Positions 57,229 through 64,000 of a stretch of 64,000 bases of DNA are shown in pieces; position 1 is the stretch's first letter, and each line of letters starts with the position of its first letter. A model generated the notes under the pieces. That model worked only from the letters and a program-made list of their open reading frames with translations. It had not been told where the DNA came from and did no database searches. The DNA comes from an uncultured Christensenellaceae bacterium (GTDB lineage Bacteria; Bacillota; Clostridia; Christensenellales; CAG-314): the NCBI GenBank assembly GCA_910586625.1, contig CAJUIZ010000004.1, positions 43,529 through 107,528 of the forward strand. The letters are read 5' to 3'. The position numbers and the translations under genes are program-made.

Positions 57229-57853
57229 GGTAATGCTCCTTGTAGTATTTGCAGTATTCATTTACGCTACACGCCGCGCAGTTGGGATTTTGCGATTTGC
57301 AAACATACCGCCCGTGCAGCAAAATATAGTGATGAGAATCCGCCCATTTTTCAGACGGGATTGCCCGCATAAGCTGTTTTTCCGTTTCCAAAACGTTGGC
57401 GGCGTTTACTATCCCAAGACGGTTGGACACGCGGAATACGTGAGTATCCACTGCGATAGCTTGTCCGCCGAAAGCGACGGCGTACACTACGTTTGCGGTC
57501 TTGCGCCCCACGCCTTTGAGACTTTGCAAAGATTTTAGGTCGTTTGGAACCTTACCGCCGAACCTGTCCAGCAAATCCTGCGACATTTCTTTCAAATACG
57601 TCGCCTTGCTGTGGTAAAATCCGCAGGAATGTATCAGCTCTTCGATACGTTCGAGCGGAAGCGCGGCCATTTTGTCGGGTGTATCGGCTTGGGCAAATAA
57701 AGCGGGCGTGACGGCGTTTACACGTTTGTCCGTACACTGCGCGGACAGTATTACCGCGACTAAAAGCTGGTAAGGGGAATTGAAAACCAATTCGCTCTTA
57801 GCGTCGGGGAAATCTTGCGATAATCGATAAAGTATCTTGTCCGTAGCCGTCAT
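57221..57853 (-). CDS. nth: Endonuclease III
   Basis: 210 aa. HhH LKGVGRKTANVV, catalytic region, and C-terminal CxxxxxxCxxCxxxxxC cluster. Confidence 0.9.
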   Translation of the reverse strand: MTATDKILYRLSQDFPDAKSELVFNSPYQLLVAVILSAQCTDKRVNAVTPALFAQADTPDKMAALPLERIEELIHSCGFYHSKATYLKEMSQDLLDRFGGKVPNDLKSLQSLKGVGRKTANVVYAVAFGGQAIAVDTHVFRVSNRLGIVNAANVLETEKQLMRAIPSEKWADSHHYILLHGRYVCKSQNPNCAACSVNEYCKYYKEHYRV

Positions 57854-57945
57854 ACAGTCGTCCTTTTCTTTTGTTTTGAATTACAGCATCGTGCAATAAA
57901 GATATTATACACTAATTCTCTGCATATTTCAATACTTTAACGAAA

Positions 57946-58197
57946 CTAAATGCGAGTTAAAGTAGTACCGTTCAAGGTTACGCGCGCCAAATAAAAACCG
58001 ACGAAGGTCTCGCCGAGAGACAGTGTGGCGCGAACGGCGGACAATGCGTCGCGGGAAAACTTGACGGACAGTCCGCACCCCACGTTGGCTGATCTGGGCG
58101 TGGATATCAACGCGCAGTTGACCCCTTTGTTAAGCAGATAATTGTAAGCGCTTATCGTTACGCTTCTCGAACGGTATATTGCAATTACGTATTCCAT
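57946..58197 (-). CDS. DUF3343 domain protein (putative S/Se carrier-like)
   Basis: 83 aa. MEYVIAIYRSRSVTISAYNYLLNKGVNCALISTPRS...GCGLSVKF. Divergent from a cysteine desulfurase gene. Confidence 0.7.
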   Translation of the reverse strand: MEYVIAIYRSRSVTISAYNYLLNKGVNCALISTPRSANVGCGLSVKFSRDALSAVRATLSLGETFVGFYLARVTLNGTTLTRI

Positions 58198-58342
58198 TGC
58201 TATCCTCCTATGTAAAAGTAGGACGTTACGCCCGCTTTACGCCCTTTCCCAAGGTTCGTTGGCATAGTGTTAAAATTTCCCCGTAAAATATATTACTGTA
58301 AAAAACGCAAAATAGTTAAAATTTATGCAATTAGGGGCAAAA

Positions 58343-59479
58343 ATGATTTATTTAGACAATGCTGCAACTACAAATTACAAACCGCAATGCGTAATAGACG
58401 CAGTAACGGAAACGATTACAAGGTATCCGTTTAACCCCAACCGCGGCGGACACAAACAAGCGTTGGAGCTGGAACGGAAGCTGTACCAAACGCGCAAAAA
58501 GCTGTCGCTGCTGTGTCATAACGATTCGGAAAAGCACGTGGCGTTTACAAGCGGCTGCACCGAAGCGTTGAATTTGGGTATTCTCGGCACGGCAAGACGC
58601 GGACACGTGATAGTATCTTGCTACGAACACAATTCCGTATTGCGTCCGCTTATGCAGCTGCATAAGCGCGGCTTTATAACCCTGTCCGTAGCCCAAGCGG
58701 ACGAGAACGGCGACGTGCGCGCGGAAGAAATCGAGCGTTTGTTACAAAAAGATACGTATCTGCTATGCGTTTCGCACGCATCCAACGTAAACGGTAAAAG
58801 TCAAAAACTGTACGCTTTGGGAGAACTCGCGAGACAGAAGAATTTACTTTTTTTAGTGGACTGCGCGCAAAGCGTAGGGTATTTTCCAATAGATATGTCG
58901 AAATGCAACGTAGATATGGTAGCCGTCGCCGGACACAAGGGACTGCACGGCATACAAGGCGCAGGCGCGCTTGTCTTTAACGAGCGGTCTACGCCCCGAC
59001 CTGTAAAATTCGGCGGAACAGGATCGGAAAGTCATCTGTACTACCAACCGAACACTATCCCCGACAGCTTAGAATCGGGCACGTTGCCCTGCCCCGCCAT
59101 AATGGCTATGGACGCAGGAATAGACTACTGGCTGTCCAACTGGCAAACCAACGCCGAACTAATTGCGGAAAACGAAAAGCTGATATGGGACGGGCTGACG
59201 GAAATACCCAACGTAAGGCTGTACTCGCAGCAAAATAAAAGCGGAATAGTAGCCTTCAACGTAGGAAACGCCGACAGCAACGAAATAGCCGACGAGCTGT
59301 CCGAGAGCTACGACATAGCCGTACGCGGCGGACTGCAATGCGCGCCGCTTACGCACAAGCACTTGGGAACGTTCGAGCAGGGCGTAGTGAGAGCTTCGGT
59401 AAGCTGCGTAACTACGAAAGACGAATGCTACCGTTTTCTTAACGCCGTGGATACCATAACCCGCAGACTGACGCGTTGA
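58343..59479 (+). CDS. Class V aminotransferase / cysteine desulfurase-family protein
   Basis: Start MIYLDNAATT at 58343 (SD AGGGG). PLP-lysine context AVAGHKGLHG. Confidence 0.85.
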   Translation: MIYLDNAATTNYKPQCVIDAVTETITRYPFNPNRGGHKQALELERKLYQTRKKLSLLCHNDSEKHVAFTSGCTEALNLGILGTARRGHVIVSCYEHNSVLRPLMQLHKRGFITLSVAQADENGDVRAEEIERLLQKDTYLLCVSHASNVNGKSQKLYALGELARQKNLLFLVDCAQSVGYFPIDMSKCNVDMVAVAGHKGLHGIQGAGALVFNERSTPRPVKFGGTGSESHLYYQPNTIPDSLESGTLPCPAIMAMDAGIDYWLSNWQTNAELIAENEKLIWDGLTEIPNVRLYSQQNKSGIVAFNVGNADSNEIADELSESYDIAVRGGLQCAPLTHKHLGTFEQGVVRASVSCVTTKDECYRFLNAVDTITRRLTR

Positions 59480-59545
59480 CGTCCATTGAGAAATGTAAAC
59501 AAAAACGGCTTAAAACAAAACGTTTTAAGCCGTTTTTGTATGTAA

Positions 59546-59902
59546 TTACAGTTTTAACAGTTCTTCCAACAAGCCGTTCAGACGCGAGCGCTGTTCGGCG
59601 TTCAAAAGCGGCGTTACACGCTTAGCGAAAGCGATAAGCTGCTCGTTGGTTAAGTTGCCGCGAGCTTTTTGCTCGATAACGTTGTTGACTATGTCCTTTA
59701 CAAGCTGTCCTTCCCCTTCGCGCTCGTATTTAGATGCAAGACGTTTCATTTCTTCCACCCTTGTAGCGTAGTCGTCCTTGGGCGTGTTGCTTACGGGCGT
59801 TTCGCGCTGCGGCTGTCGGTCGCGGGGCTGTTCCTGCTTGCCGTCGCTGTAATTAGAGCGTTGATTGACGAAAATGTTGCGCGGATCTTGATTATTTGCC
59901 AT
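59546..59902 (-). CDS. Hypothetical protein (disordered N-terminus, helical C-terminus)
   Basis: 118-aa ORF. SD AAGGAGAG 10 nt upstream. No confident family. Confidence 0.45.
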   Translation of the reverse strand: MANNQDPRNIFVNQRSNYSDGKQEQPRDRQPQRETPVSNTPKDDYATRVEEMKRLASKYEREGEGQLVKDIVNNVIEQKARGNLTNEQLIAFAKRVTPLLNAEQRSRLNGLLEELLKL

Positions 59903-59993
59903 AAAATAAGTACTCTCCTTGAAAACAATGGTTACTATAAATTATATGTCGGCATATAATGTAATGATTACAAAATTTTAGGGGGAACACAGG

Positions 59994-60392
59994 GTGAATT
60001 TGTCTACCGTTGCGTTGATACTGCTTGCTTGGCAGCTGCTGAGCAAAAAAAGCGCGCCGTCCGCTTCTCCCTTAGACAATTTGTCGCAATTTATGTCCGA
60101 CGACACCAAAAGTATTTTGGACTGTGTGGAAAAGCTTTCGAATAAAGACGCTACCAAAGAAGACAAAACGGGCGCAATCTTCCAAATGATGACTAACCCT
60201 GCAGTGATGAGCGTAGCGGAAGGTCTGTTCAAGAAAAAAGACGAACCTGCGCCCGTGGTTAACGACGAAGGCTACAAATTCGAAACTCCGTCCAAAGACA
60301 GTCAAGAATTTTTCCGCCCGATAGACAACATAGCGGACGCGGAAATAAAGCATAAATTGTACTGGTTTTACGATAATTGGTATGTGAAATAG
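59994..60392 (+). CDS. Hypothetical protein with an N-terminal hydrophobic segment
   Basis: 132-aa ORF with GTG start and SD AGGGGGA 7 nt upstream. No confident family. Confidence 0.45.
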   Translation: MNLSTVALILLAWQLLSKKSAPSASPLDNLSQFMSDDTKSILDCVEKLSNKDATKEDKTGAIFQMMTNPAVMSVAEGLFKKKDEPAPVVNDEGYKFETPSKDSQEFFRPIDNIADAEIKHKLYWFYDNWYVK

Positions 60393-60596
60393 CTCGCGCG
60401 CCCATCAAAACGATTTCGCATTACATAAAGAAAAAATATTATATCCGAAATTATTATCCAAACAATCGACGCAGTTCGCTCGCTTTATACCAAGCAAGCT
60501 CGCTCTAAGTAAAAAGCGTTCAATGCGACGTTAAAAAGCGGCAAGAAAAAGCTCCTTGTTTTGCGCTTTGTCGAATTACAAATAATACATACGTAT

Positions 60597-60626
60597 AAAA
60601 AGCCTGTTTCGCAAACGAAACAGGCT
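60597..60626. terminator. Terminator downstream of the S41 peptidase gene
   Basis: AAAA AGCCTGTTTCG CAAA CGAAACAGGCT TT: perfect 11-bp stem with flanking A/T runs. Confidence 0.7.
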
Positions 60627-60639
60627 TTGATTTATTTTA

Positions 60640-62295
60640 TTACGAGGGGATTCCTTCGCCCGAATTGAAATATTCGATTGTGTTTTGCCACAGCTTGTCG
60701 TAGGTATCCAAATTGTTATACGTTTTGGGAGTGTAGCCGTCGCCCTGAATATTGGTGTCGGTAACCGGAGAAAAGTACGATGCAATAGTAAAGTAAATAT
60801 GCCAGTACTCGGTAGCCGTACCGCCGTCGTTGGTCTTGACGGTGCCTGCGTAATCCTTTAACGGCAGTATGACCTGAGCTATCCCCTTACCGTAGGTGCG
60901 CGTGCCCATATGCGTTGCCATTCCGTAATCCAACAACGCGCCCGTGAGAAGCTCGCTTGCGCTTGCCGACCCCGAATCCGTCCATACCACCACGTCCGGC
61001 TTGTCGGCGTTAGGAGCCTGAGTAAAGTACAAGTCGCGCGACAGCTTGACGGTGCGTTCGGAATTGCCCTGCGAACGGGTTTGCAACGTAGTTATCAAAT
61101 ATTCGTTGTTGCGGCGGGCAACCTTTTGGTTTTGCTGCGGGGTTAATAGGTCCGCAGAGATAAGCATACCCGCGATATTGGACACGATTGTTACGTCGCC
61201 GCCGGGGTTGCCCTTGAGATCCAATATCAAACGCTTGAGCCCGCTGTTCTTAAACAGCGTCAGCGCTTGACGGAATTCATCGTCCGCTCTGGTTTGCTCG
61301 GTTAACGATACGTCCATAGCGGAGAACTCCGATATACGGATATAACCGGTATCTTTAAGCTGAGATAAATTGCCGAGCTTACGCTCGTCCTTGGTACAGG
61401 TTACGGCGTCGCCCGTAACCGTGGTCGATACGTTGGTAAGGTTGTCGCCGAAATAAAATTCGACGTATTCGAAGGGGTAAAGGGGGTTGACGTAACCTAT
61501 CTGTCCGCGGGCAATTTCGTAAGGAATAACGCTGCCGTTGCGCAAAACGTGGAAGGTGGCTTTGTCCACAAGCGCGAGCAGACTGCGGATAAGCAGATCG
61601 TCGCCGCCATTCAAAACAATCTGTTCGTACGTTACGGCGTTCGCGCCGCTTCCGTACGTTACGCCCTGTCCGCCGTATATGTCGGTGATATCGGTCATCT
61701 TGACTATAATATCGCCTTCTTGAAGCTTGCCGTAGCTGTTGCTGTTAACTACAACCGACGACACATACAATCCTACGCCGCCGACTACTTGGAAGGTCAT
61801 TCCGAATACATTGCCGTTGCCGCTTACCAGCACGCTTGTGGGATGCTCGAAGTTATAATACGTTTGCGGAGACATAAGACGGCTGAATTGGTCGCCCGCC
61901 GTCTGCAAAAGAGCCGTACCCGCCTGTTCTACCGCTTTCCACAATTCTTCCTGCGACACTTCCTTGTAGTAGTCGCTCTTTAATATACTCATAACGTCGG
62001 CAAGCAGCTGCTCCTGCTTGGAGCGACCGATTCCGCCGAAAACGGCGCACAGCACCCAACCGAGCGCAATGCACAGCACCAACGCCAAACAAATAAGTAC
62101 TATATAAAGCGGCTTTTTGCTTTTCTCCGCCGTAGATTGCGGAGCCTGATAACTCGACCACGAGTCGAAGTCGCCGCTTTTACGGGACGGAGCTCCGTCC
62201 GTACCGCCGCGCCGTTCTTCCACTCTCGAAGTATTGTCGCTTGACGCTTTTTCTATCTTTTCAAATTCTTCGTCAAAAAAATCTCTGTTAGCCAT
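60640..62295 (-). CDS. ctp: S41-family C-terminal processing peptidase, membrane anchored
   Basis: 551 aa. N-terminal disordered region plus TM helix, PDZ-like segment, GNPGGDV, SGSASASELLTGAL and TYGKG motifs. Confidence 0.85.
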   Translation of the reverse strand: MANRDFFDEEFEKIEKASSDNTSRVEERRGGTDGAPSRKSGDFDSWSSYQAPQSTAEKSKKPLYIVLICLALVLCIALGWVLCAVFGGIGRSKQEQLLADVMSILKSDYYKEVSQEELWKAVEQAGTALLQTAGDQFSRLMSPQTYYNFEHPTSVLVSGNGNVFGMTFQVVGGVGLYVSSVVVNSNSYGKLQEGDIIVKMTDITDIYGGQGVTYGSGANAVTYEQIVLNGGDDLLIRSLLALVDKATFHVLRNGSVIPYEIARGQIGYVNPLYPFEYVEFYFGDNLTNVSTTVTGDAVTCTKDERKLGNLSQLKDTGYIRISEFSAMDVSLTEQTRADDEFRQALTLFKNSGLKRLILDLKGNPGGDVTIVSNIAGMLISADLLTPQQNQKVARRNNEYLITTLQTRSQGNSERTVKLSRDLYFTQAPNADKPDVVVWTDSGSASASELLTGALLDYGMATHMGTRTYGKGIAQVILPLKDYAGTVKTNDGGTATEYWHIYFTIASYFSPVTDTNIQGDGYTPKTYNNLDTYDKLWQNTIEYFNSGEGIPS

Positions 62296-62971
62296 TATCT
62301 CTCCTTAAACCGTCGTAAAGCCACACTAAGTCTTCAACCGTCCTTTGCGCGCCTTGCACGTTGCCGCAAAATACGGTATAGCCGCCGTCCATTACCGTTA
62401 CGCTTCCGCGACATAACGACGAGTCGGACGTAAATACCGCCTTGATATCCGCATCGAACAGTTCCAAAGCTTCGTCTATATACTCCGCGCCGTCGAAAAA
62501 GTCGTCAAACAGCACGACCCTGCGGCTTACGGCAAGTCCGCGAGCCAACGCCGCCCTTTTGCGCATTTCTCCGTCCAGCCTTGAAGCCTTGACGTTGACG
62601 TCGGGAATTTGCAGCCGTTCGGCGATTTCGCGAGCTTTTTGCAGCCGTTCGCCCTTTGCAACCTTACGAACGGCAAGCGGGTAAGCTATATTAAACAGAA
62701 CGCTGCGGTTTTCGAAAAATGCGGGTTTATTCGGTAAATAAAGTATGCCCAATCGCTCGTTTGTGATACCGCAAATATCTTCTCCGTCGAGCAGAATTTT
62801 GCCCGACGTTGGCGAAGCTTCCTTGATAAGCAGCTTGCACAGGGACGATTTGCCGCTTTGAACGTCGCACAGCACGGTGTTGACTCCATTGACAAGCGAG
62901 AAAGACGCGTCCTTGATAACGGCGCAGTCGTCGTAAGGATATTTGAGCGAAACCTTGTCGAAAACAATCAT
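62288..62971 (-). CDS. ABC-ATPase-fold protein (FtsE-like) with degenerate catalytic motifs
   Basis: 227 aa. Walker A CDVQSGKSS (both upstream Gly lost). Signature LDGEM instead of LSGGQ. Walker B VVLFDD (no catalytic Glu). H-loop His replaced (TSD). 8-nt overlap with the S41 gene and ATGA overlap with yfbR. Confidence 0.65.
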   Translation of the reverse strand: MIVFDKVSLKYPYDDCAVIKDASFSLVNGVNTVLCDVQSGKSSLCKLLIKEASPTSGKILLDGEDICGITNERLGILYLPNKPAFFENRSVLFNIAYPLAVRKVAKGERLQKAREIAERLQIPDVNVKASRLDGEMRKRAALARGLAVSRRVVLFDDFFDGAEYIDEALELFDADIKAVFTSDSSLCRGSVTVMDGGYTVFCGNVQGAQRTVEDLVWLYDGLRRDNG

Positions 62972-63543
62972 TTTTCCAATTCGTCCAACGTCAGACGGTA
63001 CGCTTGAATAAAGTTATCCATAAAGTAGTCGACTTCGGGGCGCTTGTAACCGCGGATTTCGTCGTATATCGTCTTTTCCGCCTTGTAAAACTCGGAATTA
63101 CTCATCTTCAATTCGTCCAAGCACTTGATATATGCGCATATTTTGTCCGCGTATTTTACGAATTTACGTTCTTCGTCGTCCTTTTCGTTTATTATCTTAG
63201 CGTATTCGGCTGAAAGCTCGCTTGGAAGATGCTCCAAAAGCCGCTCGTTGGAATAACTTTCCAATTTTTTGTACGCGTCGCGTATTTCCGGATTAAAATA
63301 CTTGATGGGTGTAGGCAAATCGCCTGTTAAAACTTCGCTGGTTTCGTGAAAAAGCGCCTTGACTGCTATGCTGTTCGCGTCCAACTGTCCGCCGAAATAG
63401 ACGTTAGACACCGTAGCCAACGCGTGCGCAATGACTGCAACCTGCTGACTGTGCTCCATAATGTTCTCGTTCATTGCCGAATGCATAAGTCCCCAGCGGT
63501 TTATATATTTCATACGGTTAAGATACGCGAAAAACTTGTACAT
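62968..63543 (-). CDS. yfbR: HD-domain 5'-deoxynucleotidase (YfbR-like)
   Basis: 191 aa. RWGLM...ENIMEHSQQVAVIAHAL and HETSEVLTGDLPTPIK motifs. Confidence 0.8.
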   Translation of the reverse strand: MYKFFAYLNRMKYINRWGLMHSAMNENIMEHSQQVAVIAHALATVSNVYFGGQLDANSIAVKALFHETSEVLTGDLPTPIKYFNPEIRDAYKKLESYSNERLLEHLPSELSAEYAKIINEKDDEERKFVKYADKICAYIKCLDELKMSNSEFYKAEKTIYDEIRGYKRPEVDYFMDNFIQAYRLTLDELEK

Positions 63544-63741
63544 AATCTTTTGTTCTCCCTACGGCATTTACATTTTAGTATATTTTAACACATATTATAC
63601 CAAATGCCAACACTAACCGCACAGCTGACTTCGAAAAATTTTTACCGCTGCAAATGCAACGCGCCGAACAAACGCTGCCGACGGGTAAAAAAAGCGAAAG
63701 AAAAGGACTGCAAATATTTTGCAATCCTTTGCCGTAAAATT

Positions 63742-64000
63742 CTATTCTGCTTTCGCTTCCGTTTTATCCGCTTCTACCTTGGTAACGGTTTTACCCGGTT
63801 CGTCGGCGGGATTAACGTACTTGATACAGTTTCTCGGGCAGGCTTCTAAGCACTTGCCGCAGTTTATACACTTACTGTAATCGATAATAGGCACATTGTT
63901 TACAAGGTGAATAGCGCCGTTGGGGCAGGTACGCTCGCACTTGCCGCAGGCGATACAGCCAGCCTTGCACTTGGTCATAACGTCCTTGCCGCGGCACTCG
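63742..64000 (-). CDS. 4Fe-4S dicluster ferredoxin-domain protein, C-terminal part (RnfB-like?), 5' end beyond the window
   Basis: CIACGKCERTCP and CINCGKCLEACP motifs. The frame remains open upstream of the listed Met through 64000 (…ECRGKDVMTKCKAGC…). Confidence 0.6.
   Translation of the reverse strand, partial: ECRGKDVMTKCKAGCIACGKCERTCPNGAIHLVNNVPIIDYSKCINCGKCLEACPRNCIKYVNPADEPGKTVTKVEADKTEAKAE

Overview
This 64-kb window looks like chromosome from a spore-forming Firmicutes/Clostridia-type bacterium. The supporting markers are sigK with a pro-sequence, rplU-prp-rpmA with an N-terminally extended L27, rqcH, glgC-glgD-glgA and comEA/comEC. Genes are densely packed, mostly on the minus strand, and many neighbours share ATGA stop/start overlaps.

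Most of the content is housekeeping:
- rho-mnmA
- glpK plus a three-gene clostridial-type glycerol-3-phosphate oxidoreductase set
- lspA-rluD
- holA-comEC-comEA
- glmS, typA
- obg-yhbY-glgCDA
- nth, a cysteine desulfurase, an S41 protease

Two regions look accessory.

(1) 12326-17605 is a compact, translationally coupled three-gene operon driven by a near-consensus extended -10 promoter. It encodes a small single-pass membrane protein, a 1274-aa protein, and a signal-anchored beta-helix-repeat surface protein. The 1274-aa protein has a DUF4062-type N-terminus, a NACHT/STAND-like P-loop NTPase, TPR-like repeats and an unusual C-terminal block of about six transmembrane helices. This is my best candidate for an undescribed membrane-integrated STAND (NLR-like) conflict or signalling system. 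A C10 homopolymer tract lies in its upstream intergenic region.

(2) 34.9-38.1 kb is an AT-rich islet directly downstream of tRNA-Val(CAC). It carries a type II N6-adenine methyltransferase with an overlapping small putative endonuclease, a truncated GNAT gene, an RHH regulator and a Cys-rich small protein. Short repeats sharing a TACTCTAC core punctuate it. No integrase is present.

Other oddities are:
- a carbamoyltransferase-fold protein lacking the catalytic motifs, at the position where the pyr operon sits in Bacillus
- an NYN-domain protein with a very long K/E/A-rich repeat
- a degenerate ABC ATPase coupled to the S41 protease
- a long structured leader upstream of pnuC

All functional calls come from reading the translated ORFs and motifs by eye. 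No database search was run.
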